NCBI GenBank assembly: GCA_035691305.1
Contig: DASSJF010000038.1
Location: 3,312-67,311, forward strand
Reading direction: 5' to 3'
DNA from: a bacterium
GTDB lineage: Bacteria > Sysuimicrobiota > Sysuimicrobiia > Sysuimicrobiales > Segetimicrobiaceae
Length of the DNA: 64,000 bases
The position numbers were made by a program, and so were the translations under genes. A model generated the notes under the pieces. It did not search any database. It saw only the letters and a program-made list of their open reading frames with translations, and was not told where the DNA came from. Position 1 is the first letter of the stretch, and every line of letters starts with the position of its first letter. This document shows, one piece after another, positions 56,723 to 64,000 of the stretch.

Positions 56723-56725
56723 GGA

Positions 56726-57133
56726 CTACCGTCCGAGCATGCCGGTCATGTACGCCCGGCCGACCAAGCTCCCGAGAAAGAGGACGAGCAGCACCATCCA
56801 GCGCGACTCGCGGTAGGTCCGCTCGTTCAACGATGCGCGCAGCGCGCCGCCCGGCCTCAGCACGAACAACGCCAGCAGCGTCAGCACGATCAGCGCGTCG
56901 TACATGAGATGGTACGGCGTGCGTGGCCGCGCCCCGCCGGCGAAGAGCGCCATGCCCGCGAGCGCCATAATCGCGAGGGGCACCTGCGCCAGCCAGAGAA
57001 TCCACCAGAACAGTTGCGGCATCCGGAATCGCCCCGTCAGATCGCCGAAGAACGCGAACAGAAAGCACAGGGCGTCTCCGGCCAGTGTGAGACTCAGGAG
57101 CAACGTCGACCCGTGCCACGCGGCTATTGTCAT
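56726..57133 (-). CDS. Hypothetical 4-TM membrane protein.
   Basis: MTIAAWHGSTLLLSLTLAGDALCFLFAFFGDL... is hydrophobic. The Arg-rich N-extension of ORF 56726..57250 was rejected. Confidence 0.4.
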   Translation of the reverse strand: MTIAAWHGSTLLLSLTLAGDALCFLFAFFGDLTGRFRMPQLFWWILWLAQVPLAIMALAGMALFAGGARPRTPYHLMYDALIVLTLLALFVLRPGGALRASLNERTYRESRWMVLLVLFLGSLVGRAYMTGMLGR

Positions 57134-57204
57134 GGGCCGGTGATTCGCGCGGCGGCGACGCGCTCCTCCCCCACCTGCCGACGTGGGAGAGAGCCGCCGG
57201 AGGG

Positions 57205-57990
57205 ATGCGTGTGTGCAACGAAACCGACGCGAAGAAGGCCGTGCAGTCACAATTCGGGCGCCAGGCTGAATGGTACACGGTCAGCCGGCGTCACGAGCAG
57301 TCGCCGGGGCTCGACATCCTGAAGCGCCTCGCCGCGCCCTCTCCCGCCGACCGGGTCTTGGACGTCGCGACGGGGACCGGGTTCACGGCGTTCGCGATGG
57401 CCGAACGCTCCCGGAGCGTCGTGGCCCTCGACTTCACGGCGGGCATGGTGCGCGAGGCACGGAGCCTGCGCGACCAACGAGGCCTGACCAACGTGACATT
57501 CTGCCTCGGTGACGCAGAGGCGATGCCGTTTCGGAGCGGCGCCTTCGACCTGGTCGTGTGCCGTTACGCGTCCCACCACTTCCCCGACGCGGCCCGCGCA
57601 ATCGCCGAGATGGTTCGGGTCGCCCGGACGGGCGGCCGCGTGGTCGTCGAGGACACGTGCGCGCCCGAGGACCCGGCGCTCGACGATTTGATGAACCGCT
57701 GGGAAGTAACGCGCGACAACTCTCATGTGCGCAATATCCCGCCGAGCCGGCTGCGCGCGCTCCTCGAGGCGGCCGGGCTCGACGTCCGCGCCGCCGAGCG
57801 GACGGCGATCCCCCAGCACTTCAACGAGTGGGCGCGACGCGGCGGCATGAGCGAGGCGGGCGCCGCGGCGCTGCGGACCGAGTTCGTGAACGCGGGCCCG
57901 AAGGCCCGCGCGGAGTTTCAGATACGGCCCGAGGACGGCGACCTCGCGTTTTCGTGGGGCGAGGCCGTCGTCCTCGGGGTCAAGCGTTAA
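57205..57990 (+). CDS. Class I SAM-dependent methyltransferase (UbiE/COQ5-like, Methyltransf_11).
   Basis: RVLDVATGTGFTAFAMAE motif I, FDLVVCRYASHHFPD and GGRVVVEDT motifs. Confidence 0.7.
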   Translation: MRVCNETDAKKAVQSQFGRQAEWYTVSRRHEQSPGLDILKRLAAPSPADRVLDVATGTGFTAFAMAERSRSVVALDFTAGMVREARSLRDQRGLTNVTFCLGDAEAMPFRSGAFDLVVCRYASHHFPDAARAIAEMVRVARTGGRVVVEDTCAPEDPALDDLMNRWEVTRDNSHVRNIPPSRLRALLEAAGLDVRAAERTAIPQHFNEWARRGGMSEAGAAALRTEFVNAGPKARAEFQIRPEDGDLAFSWGEAVVLGVKR

Positions 57991-58038
57991 TTCCATGGCG
58001 GCCGGCCGCGGGCCGGCGGCACTGACCGCGCCGGGGCG

Positions 58039-58716
58039 TTACCGCCGCGCCGTCAGCACCATGATCGTCGTCGCGGAGAACGAGCCGTCCGCGTTGAGCG
58101 TCCCCATCGCCGCCACGTGCGCGCCCGCGGCAAGGCTGGCCACCGGCACGGCGGTCAGTTTGGAGATCCGCGCCGACGCCGGGACCGCGACCGTCGTCGC
58201 CGCGCCGGCGCTCGATGCGACGGAGAGCGACGAGCCGGTCGCGCCCGCCACCAACCCCGCCACGAAGACGCGGCCCGAGCCAGAGTCGCGGACGCCGCCG
58301 CGGCCCGGCCCCGCGGAGCCGAGACCGGCCGGCGCAGCCCGCACGGCCTCCGCGGTCAGCGAGCCGTCCGCGGACTTCTGCGCGACGACGCGAACCATAT
58401 CGCCCGCTTTGATCTCGGTGATACGGGCCGCGGCCTGCGTGAGCACCTTCGTCGCCGTCGTGGTCTTCACGGTGTACGACGTACCGTCGCGGCCCGTCAC
58501 GACCAACGAGCCGGTCGAGACCGACTGGATCGTGCCGAACACGCGACTGCCGCGGTGCTGCCCGCCCTGCGCGGGCGGTTGGGTCTGCGCGGACGCGTGC
58601 CGCTTGACGGATACGAACGTGAAGCCCGCCGCCAGAACCGCGATCAGCGCGATAACGATTGGGTAGAACCGAGCCTTCTGCACTCCGCCTTCCTCCCGTG
58701 TTCTTGGTGTCTTCAC
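58039..58716 (-). CDS. Secreted/membrane-anchored DUF5666-like repeat protein.
   Basis: An N-terminal TM/signal segment (FYPIVIALIAVLAAGFTFVSV) is followed by two similar Gly/Thr/Val-rich repeats (GTIQSVSTGSLVVTGRDGTSYTVKTT... / ...SLSVASSAGAATTVAV...). Confidence 0.45.
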   Translation of the reverse strand: MKTPRTREEGGVQKARFYPIVIALIAVLAAGFTFVSVKRHASAQTQPPAQGGQHRGSRVFGTIQSVSTGSLVVTGRDGTSYTVKTTTATKVLTQAAARITEIKAGDMVRVVAQKSADGSLTAEAVRAAPAGLGSAGPGRGGVRDSGSGRVFVAGLVAGATGSSLSVASSAGAATTVAVPASARISKLTAVPVASLAAGAHVAAMGTLNADGSFSATTIMVLTARR

Positions 58717-58813
58717 CGGCTGTAATCGAGTCTAAATCGCAGGCGGGGGCGGAAAGGTTCCGCTACGTTTATGAAAATTTGTTCGGAGATGTGAAGGGCC
58801 GGGTCCCGATCCG

Positions 58814-59425
58814 TTAGACCCGCTCGACCAGCTGCGCCGCACCGAAGCCGGCGATAACGGCGCCCGAAAGCCGGCTCACCCAGGCAAGCACGCGGGCGCC
58901 CGCCGCCTGCCGCAGCGCGCCGACTCCGGCGCTTAGGATCAGCCACCACGCCGCGGATCCGAGGAACACGCCCGCCACCGTGAGGGCGGCGGAGCCAAAG
59001 TTCAGGCCGCCCGCCGGCGCGATTACCGCGAAGACCGCGGCGAAGCTGATGATCGTCATCGGGTTGGTGATCGTCAGGAACAACGTGGACGCGTACGCTG
59101 GGAGGAGCGCGGGACCCCGTGCGTCCGTACCCGCGGAGGCCGCGAGATCGCGCCGCGCGAGCATTGTGCGAATCCCGATCGCCAGCAGCAAGGCGCCGCC
59201 GGCGAGATGGAGCGGCCGGGCGTTCTGCACGAAGAAGCGGAACAACACAGTCAGTCCGAAGGCCGCGACGGCGCCGTACAACGCGTCTGCCGTGGCGGCC
59301 CCGAGGCCCGACACGAAACCGACCCGGCGACCAAACACGAGCGTCCGCCGGATGCACAAAACGCCGATGGGCCCGACCGGCGCCGCGATCGACAGCCCGA
59401 TGACAAATGCCTTCAAGAACAACAT
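58814..59425 (-). CDS. LysE/RhtB family amino-acid exporter.
   Basis: MLFLKAFVIGLSIAAPVGPIGVLCIRRTL is the LysE-type N-terminus. About 203 aa with 6 TM helices. Confidence 0.7.
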   Translation of the reverse strand: MLFLKAFVIGLSIAAPVGPIGVLCIRRTLVFGRRVGFVSGLGAATADALYGAVAAFGLTVLFRFFVQNARPLHLAGGALLLAIGIRTMLARRDLAASAGTDARGPALLPAYASTLFLTITNPMTIISFAAVFAVIAPAGGLNFGSAALTVAGVFLGSAAWWLILSAGVGALRQAAGARVLAWVSRLSGAVIAGFGAAQLVERV

Positions 59426-59522
59426 ACAGGGATTATACAGGCCTGTGACCGGGATCATATCGGCGCCTGCCCGCACCGCCTATGCTCGACAGCGGACCGG
59501 GCGCATATGCCCCAAGGAGCCG

Positions 59523-59717
59523 ATGATGACGACCCCCCTCGGATCCGGACTGACATGGCAGCAGGTCCTGGCGCTGGGCCTGGTCGCCGCCTTTGTCGGC
59601 GCGGCGAGGATCCTGGACCACCTTCACCAGTCCGCCGTCGTGCCCCCGTCCGAGGCAAGATCAGGCTCTGATCCGATGCGCGCCGAGCGGCCGCGTGGTA
59701 CGCGTAGCCTGGAGTAG
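59523..59717 (+). CDS. Small (64 aa) single-TM protein with a strong Shine-Dalgarno, immediately upstream of nirK.
   Basis: AAGGAG-ccg-ATGATG. MMTTPLGSGLTWQQVLALGLVAAFVGAARILDHLHQSAVVPPSEARSGSDPMRAERPRGTRSLE. It is the tail of ORF 58980..59717, the rest of which is antisense to the LysE gene. Confidence 0.4.
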   Translation: MMTTPLGSGLTWQQVLALGLVAAFVGAARILDHLHQSAVVPPSEARSGSDPMRAERPRGTRSLE

Positions 59718-59759
59718 TGTAGGTTCGCACTCCACCCTACTCCAGGGGGGGGCGTTTGT

Positions 59760-60824
59760 ATGAGCAACGGATCAGCCGCGATGAATCGCCGCGCATTCTT
59801 CCGCGCCTTCGGAGGCGTCGCCGCCGGCTCCGCGGCGGGCCTGCCGCTGGCGGCGCAGTTGAGCGCGCAGGCTGCTCCACCACAGATGCCGCTGGTGAAA
59901 CGTGTTGCCGCAAACCCGGCCGCCGTCCCGGCGCCAATCCGCCGGTCGCAGGCCGCGCATCATACCCTCACGCTCACGGCCCGAGAGGTTGTGGCTGAGA
60001 TCGAGCCGGGTCTCAAGTTCCTCTACATGACGTTCGACGGTCAAGTGCCGGGCCCGCTGCTCCGCATCAGGGTGGGCGATACCGTCCAGCTCACGTTCAG
60101 AAATCCGCGCGAAAACCTCATGCCGCATACCGTCGACTTCCACGCGGTCTACGGACCGGGCGGCGGCATGGAAGCGCTGCTGGCCAAACCCGGACAGGAA
60201 AAGGGCCTCTACTTCAAGGCGCTCTATCCCGGCAGCTTCGTGTACCACTGCGCGGTCGCCGACCTCGACTATCACATCGCCAGCGGCATGTACGGGATGA
60301 TCGTCGTGGAACCGGAACAGGGCCTGCCTCCGGTATCGCGGGAATTCTACCTCGGCCAGAACGAGATGTACGTGGGCCAGTCCGCGGGCCCGGACGGCTA
60401 CCGCACCTTCGATTTCGACGCCCTGCTGCGGGAGAATCCAACGCACGTGCTCTTGAACGGACAAAAGAAGGCGGTGACCCCGGACGGCTACGGGGCGCTG
60501 AAAGCCAAGGTCGGAGAGACCATACGGATCTTTTTCGTCAACGGCGGACCGAACTTGACGAGCAGTTTCCACCCGATTGGCAACATCTGGACGAGGGTGT
60601 GGGGCAACGGATCGTTCAGAACCGCGGCGGACGCGTACATGCAGACGGTCACGGTCGGCCCGGGCAGCACGCTGGTGGGCGACCTCGCCCTGCCGGTGCC
60701 CGGATCCGTCAGGCTGGTCGATCATGCGATCACCCGCGTCGTCAGGAAGGGCATGCTCGCGGTGATCGACGTCGCCGGACCCGCTCAGCCGCAGATCTTC
60801 AAGCCATTGACGCCCGGCGTATGA
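59760..60824 (+). CDS. nirK: Copper-containing nitrite reductase NirK with a Tat signal peptide.
   Basis: Tat motif NRRAFFRAFGGVAAGSAAG. HTVDFHAVYGPGGG (T1/T2 Cu His ligands) and YHCAVADLDYHIASGMYGMIVVEP (Cys-His-Met T1 Cu site) are two-domain cupredoxin hallmarks of NirK. An alternative start at 59781 (MNRR) is possible. Confidence 0.85.
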   Translation: MSNGSAAMNRRAFFRAFGGVAAGSAAGLPLAAQLSAQAAPPQMPLVKRVAANPAAVPAPIRRSQAAHHTLTLTAREVVAEIEPGLKFLYMTFDGQVPGPLLRIRVGDTVQLTFRNPRENLMPHTVDFHAVYGPGGGMEALLAKPGQEKGLYFKALYPGSFVYHCAVADLDYHIASGMYGMIVVEPEQGLPPVSREFYLGQNEMYVGQSAGPDGYRTFDFDALLRENPTHVLLNGQKKAVTPDGYGALKAKVGETIRIFFVNGGPNLTSSFHPIGNIWTRVWGNGSFRTAADAYMQTVTVGPGSTLVGDLALPVPGSVRLVDHAITRVVRKGMLAVIDVAGPAQPQIFKPLTPGV

Positions 60825-61199
60825 AAACGGGCGGGACCGCGGGCTCCGCGCCCGGCCGCGGCCGGCGCGGAGCCTGTGCTCGCGCCTCCGAAGTCGGAGG
60901 GAAACGACGCTACCGGCCCGCTCGAATTACCGTTGCGGTGGCAGCAATTTCTCGTCTACGAGCACGATCGAAGTGACGGCGTGCCGGCAGACCAGCTCCG
61001 GACCGGCCGGCGTCTCGACGAGGAGGGCATTCAGATCGGCGGCGCGGACGATCACCTGGGAGAGTTCGTAGCCGTCGGCGCACCGCAGATGAACAGGGAC
61101 ACGGCGCGCAACGAGCGCGTCGACAAACGCGCCCGCGTGTGAAAGGTACCCGAGACCGCCGACCGCGACGCCGCACCCGTGGCGTCCGGCGCCGTCCAG

Positions 61200-61403
61200 T
61201 CAGCCGGTAATGGCGGGCTGTGTAACAGCCTCCAGTTCGTTCAACCGGCGATCCAGCTCGAGCATGCGGCGCCGGTAGTCCAGTTCGGTGACTACGGCGT
61301 CATGGACGTAGCTTAACACGGGGTCTTCGGCGGCATGCGCAATCTTCTGCTCTTGTTGCCAAATCAGGTCTGCGAGCTCACGCACTACGTCCTTGAGGTG
61401 CAT
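61200..61403 (-). CDS. Hypothetical small coiled-coil protein.
   Basis: MHLKDVVRELADLIWQQEQKIAHAAEDPVLSYVHDAVVTELDYRRRMLELDRRLNELEA. It is divergent from the next ORF across an AT-rich region. Confidence 0.3.
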   Translation of the reverse strand: MHLKDVVRELADLIWQQEQKIAHAAEDPVLSYVHDAVVTELDYRRRMLELDRRLNELEAVTQPAITG

Positions 61404-61511
61404 CCTCACGCCCCCCAATTGGTTCCGGCAGCGCCGAACCGAACTCGATAACTCGTAATTCTGTGCGTCGCAGAGATTTCCTGGAATGTTGCGTTATCTC
61501 GTGGTAAGAAT

Positions 61512-61937
61512 TTGGTGAGGTTTTTCGGTCGCCGGCGCAGGCATGACGCACCGCGGCAAGAAATCTTATCGAAACGCGGCGGCAATCAATACGGGAGGCA
61601 GACGTTGTCGCATCTCGGCAGTGATTTTTGGCACGACTTCGAAGGGACACGCACCGATCAAGACGTCGCGCTCATCCAGACGATGCGCACTGTGCGCGCA
61701 ATTCGCGGCGCCGACCGTCCGCGCGCCGGCGTTCCGGAGGAGATCCGCGCGGCCCTCGCGCATCTTTGCGCCGCGATGGAGGGCCTGGTCGACTGGATGG
61801 AGCAGGAAGGCGGGACCGACTCCAACGCGATGCAGCTGCTGCAAGACCTTCACCGGGTCGGAGACGGCGTCGTGCGATGCCTCTCCGCGTGTCCCGTCCA
61901 GATAATTCTAGAGAAAGCCGACGAAGACGCCGGATAG
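61512..61937 (+). CDS. Hypothetical protein.
   Basis: ORF 141 aa. A TTG start about 61612 after GGGAGG (giving about 108 aa) is plausible. No family recognised. Confidence 0.3.
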   Translation: MVRFFGRRRRHDAPRQEILSKRGGNQYGRQTLSHLGSDFWHDFEGTRTDQDVALIQTMRTVRAIRGADRPRAGVPEEIRAALAHLCAAMEGLVDWMEQEGGTDSNAMQLLQDLHRVGDGVVRCLSACPVQIILEKADEDAG

Positions 61938-61944
61938 CAGAAGA

Positions 61945-62020
61945 TGGCGCGCCCGGAGGGATTTGAACCCCCGACCTACGGCTCCGGAGGCCGGCGCTCT
62001 ATCCGCTGAGCTACGGGCGC
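61945..62020 (-). tRNA. tRNA-Arg (anticodon CCG).
   Basis: The 76-nt cloverleaf is GCGCCCG-UA-GCUC-AGCGGAUA-GAGC-G-CCGGC-CUCCGGA-GCCGU-AGGUC-GGGGG-UUCAAAU-CCCUC-CGGGCGC-G-CCA. The 7-bp acceptor stem, the T-loop TTCAAAT and the encoded CCA are present. Confidence 0.85.
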
Positions 62021-62064
62021 GCGCGTCCCTACTATTATAACAAAGACGTAGGGCCGAGACTCCG

Positions 62065-63096
62065 CTACACCGCCGGAGCCGCGGGCGCAGGCGGCGGAAC
62101 CGTCGGCGCGGGCGGGACCGGTCCGTGCCGCCGCCGCTCAACGATGGCCATGATCACACCGCCCGTACCCCAGGTCACCGCGGCGAAACCGGCCAACCAC
62201 CCAAGGTGTGGAATCGCAAAGGCGATCGCCAGCAGCAGCCCGCCGATCAGCGCTTCAAACGCGATCCGGCCCGGATGGACGCGGTGTCCCACGAGCACCG
62301 CGACGGCGCTGAACCCCAGTTGGATCGCGATCAGCAGAGCCGCCAGTAGCACCAGCACAAGGAGAATGCCCGCGACGCTCAGCACGAGCAGCACCACGGC
62401 GGGCCCGAGCAGCAGCCACACGAGAACGCCCGCGAGCACCGAGCCCGCGGGGCTTCGTTCGAGGGCCTGCACTACCGCCGCGGTGACGCCGGGGAAGAAC
62501 GCGGCGGTGATCCATGCCGTCCCGACGACGGTCGCCGCCCAGAGCAGAAACAGCAGCCCCGCGACAATCTTCCACGCCGCGATGATGCCGAAGATCGCCG
62601 GCGGCATCCACGGCGGCAAGCCGGGAGAGAGCCACGGCGGCGACGACGGCGGAGCCGCGGGCGGCGGAAACGGCATCGGCGGCACCGACGGGACCTGGGG
62701 GTTCGGCGGCGCCGGGTGTCCGGGCGGCGCCTTTCGGATCACCGCACCCGGCGCGATGCGCACGCTGCCGCCGGTGGCCTGCACCGTCCCGTCGACGACG
62801 GCCGTAGAGTCGAGGATGACATTGCCGCCGGTCGCGCGCACGTCGCCGCCCACGTGCCCGCCGACGTGCACCGAACCCGCGGTCGCAGACGCGTTGCCGG
62901 TCACGGTTCCGCCGACGTCGAGTGTGCCGCCGATTACGATGGCGTCCCCGTACACGATCGTGCCCGGCGGCACCGTCGCGTCCCCGATGCGGAGCAGCGT
63001 TTCCCCGGCCTGCGCCGCGGTGCCCGCAAGCGCCGCGGCCGCGACAACGGCGGCGGCAGTGGCGCAAGCCCGCGAGAGTACGCGCCGGATCATCAT
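62065..63096 (-). CDS. Bactofilin-like beta-helical repeat protein with a Pro-rich linker and a C-terminal polytopic membrane domain.
   Basis: A signal peptide, then degenerate G-x-V-x-(G/A)-x-V repeats (GTIVYGDAIVIGGTLDVGGTVTGNASATAGSVHVGGHVGGDVRATGGNVILDSTAVVDGTVQATGGSVRI), then PPxP-rich segments, then about 5 TM helices. Confidence 0.45.
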   Translation of the reverse strand: MMIRRVLSRACATAAAVVAAAALAGTAAQAGETLLRIGDATVPPGTIVYGDAIVIGGTLDVGGTVTGNASATAGSVHVGGHVGGDVRATGGNVILDSTAVVDGTVQATGGSVRIAPGAVIRKAPPGHPAPPNPQVPSVPPMPFPPPAAPPSSPPWLSPGLPPWMPPAIFGIIAAWKIVAGLLFLLWAATVVGTAWITAAFFPGVTAAVVQALERSPAGSVLAGVLVWLLLGPAVVLLVLSVAGILLVLVLLAALLIAIQLGFSAVAVLVGHRVHPGRIAFEALIGGLLLAIAFAIPHLGWLAGFAAVTWGTGGVIMAIVERRRHGPVPPAPTVPPPAPAAPAV

Positions 63097-63821
63097 CCCA
63101 GCAGCGTGAGCCGGTCTCCGACCCGCGGCACGAACTCCGAGCCGTCCCGGACGGCGCAGTAGTCAAGATCCTTTTCGAGGCCGATGGCCAGCACGTTCCG
63201 GCCGCCGGCCGTCTGCCGGAACACCTCGATCGGATCGGGCCACGCACGATACAGCGTGCGCGCGGCCAGGACGGCATCGGTTGCGCGGTAGTCGGCGCGC
63301 CCCGCGAAATACTCGACGAGCGCGTCGGCCACACCGCCGGCCGCGTACGCGTCGTCCAGGCTGAACCGGCCCTCCCGGCCGGCACAGACCACGGTGAGAT
63401 CGAGGCCGCCGTCCCGCGCCGCCGCGGCGGCGGCGCGGGCCGCCGCCGCCCGGTTGCGCAGGCACGCCGCGAAAACGACCGGCGCCAGCCGAACGGCGTG
63501 AAGCGCCCGCGTCCCGTTCGTGGTCGCGATGACTACCCTGCTTCCCGCGACGTCCGCGCGCGCGAAGGCGGACGGGCTGTTGCCGAACTCGAACCCCGCG
63601 GGCGGCAGGCCGCCCTCTTCCCCGGCGGTGCGCACCCGCAGCGCCGATCCCGCCGCGTAGCCTCGGGCGCTCTCCACGTCCGGCGCCGCGATCACTTCGG
63701 CGCAGCCGCGTTCCAAAAGGGTCAGAATCGATGTCGTGGCGCGAAGCACATCAATCACCACGGCGACGCGGCGGCGCACGTCGCCCGCCTCCTGCGGCAG
63801 GAACGCGACGTGAATTTCCAC
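63093..63821 (-). CDS. 2-phosphosulfolactate phosphatase (ComB) family protein.
   Basis: VAVVIDVLRATTSILTLLERGCAEVIAAPDVESA matches the ComB family N-terminus. 242 aa. Confidence 0.55.
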   Translation of the reverse strand: MEIHVAFLPQEAGDVRRRVAVVIDVLRATTSILTLLERGCAEVIAAPDVESARGYAAGSALRVRTAGEEGGLPPAGFEFGNSPSAFARADVAGSRVVIATTNGTRALHAVRLAPVVFAACLRNRAAAARAAAAAARDGGLDLTVVCAGREGRFSLDDAYAAGGVADALVEYFAGRADYRATDAVLAARTLYRAWPDPIEVFRQTAGGRNVLAIGLEKDLDYCAVRDGSEFVPRVGDRLTLLG

Positions 63822-64000
63822 TCAGAACTTCCGGACGTAGGGCGCCGCCGAGATCACACGCGCGAGCCTGGCGCGCATCTCCTCCGCCATCGCCTGCGCG
63901 GAGGTCTGCGCGAATGCCGCGTCTTGGGGCGTAACCTCGAACAGCGGCATCTCCCCGCCCACCACGTTCCAGGTGCCCCCGGCCGCGACCGCGCGAACGT
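63822..64000 (-). CDS. C-terminal fragment of a CDS running off the window end, possibly (2R)-phospho-3-sulfolactate synthase (ComA-like).
   Basis: The minus-strand frame ending in TGA at 63822 translates to ...GGTWNVVGGEMPLFEVTPQDAAFAQTSAQAMAEEMRARLARVISAAPYVRKF*. It lies adjacent to comB-like, as in yitD-yitC-type pairs. Confidence 0.3.
   Translation of the reverse strand, partial: VRAVAAGGTWNVVGGEMPLFEVTPQDAAFAQTSAQAMAEEMRARLARVISAAPYVRKF

Noticed and set aside
60876-61176. Overlapping 88-aa ORFs on both strands downstream of nirK.
   Set aside because: The minus-strand ORF is Arg/Cys-rich junk. The plus-strand ORF (60876..61142) has protein-like composition but no start-site support or recognisable family, so it is mentioned only in a finding and not called as a feature.
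1-64000. Search for mobile elements, integrases, transposases, restriction-modification or other defence systems, and rRNA.
   Set aside because: No such homologies were seen in any frame. Apart from the tRNA-adjacent small-gene pocket, the window looks like core chromosome.

Overview
The window is a 64 kb, very GC-rich (about 70%) bacterial chromosomal segment that is almost entirely coding, with most genes on the minus strand. From the window start (reading minus-strand genes upstream) it contains: the N-terminus of a small basic protein (Sbp) gene; a DUF881 gene; a Clp1/Grc3-family P-loop kinase-like gene; a complete V/A-type ATPase operon in Thermus-like order (G-I-K-E-C-F-A-B-D); a 240-bp spacer; a complex-I cluster encoding only the membrane-arm subunits nuoA-H-J-K-L-M-N (no nuoB/C/D/I/E/F/G); yvcK-rapZ and a DUF360 gene; sucCD; mdh; sdhCAB (single cytochrome b anchor, Bacillus type); a divergent archaeal-type SDH-family membrane serine protease and type-II NADP-isocitrate dehydrogenase; a DUF692-PduO-S9 peptidase operon; a metallophosphoesterase; a his operon (hisZ-G-D-B-H-A-F-IE) preceded by a TrpR-like YerC/HisR regulator and an embedded ccmH-like gene; a T-box-controlled ilvB-ilvN-ilvC-leuA-cimA-leuB operon; a large AAA/TPR/LuxR regulator; a 1-Cys peroxiredoxin with an MBL-rhodanese fusion; methyltransferases, one of them split by tandem in-frame TGA codons; a LysE exporter; Tat-type copper nitrite reductase NirK; tRNA-Arg(CCG); a bactofilin-like membrane protein; and a ComB/ComA-like pair at the window end. 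The gene content (T-box, RapZ-YvcK, YerC, hisZ, DUF881-sbp, sdhCAB) suggests a high-GC Firmicutes-like or related monoderm lineage; this is inference only. No transposases, integrases, CRISPR arrays or rRNA genes were seen. The most unusual feature is a membrane-arm-only Nuo cluster directly upstream of, and co-oriented with, the V/A-ATPase operon. Many gene junctions are GTGA/ATGA start-stop overlaps with GTG/TTG starts, so the ORF track over-extends many N-termini. Start coordinates here were recomputed from the ORF ends.
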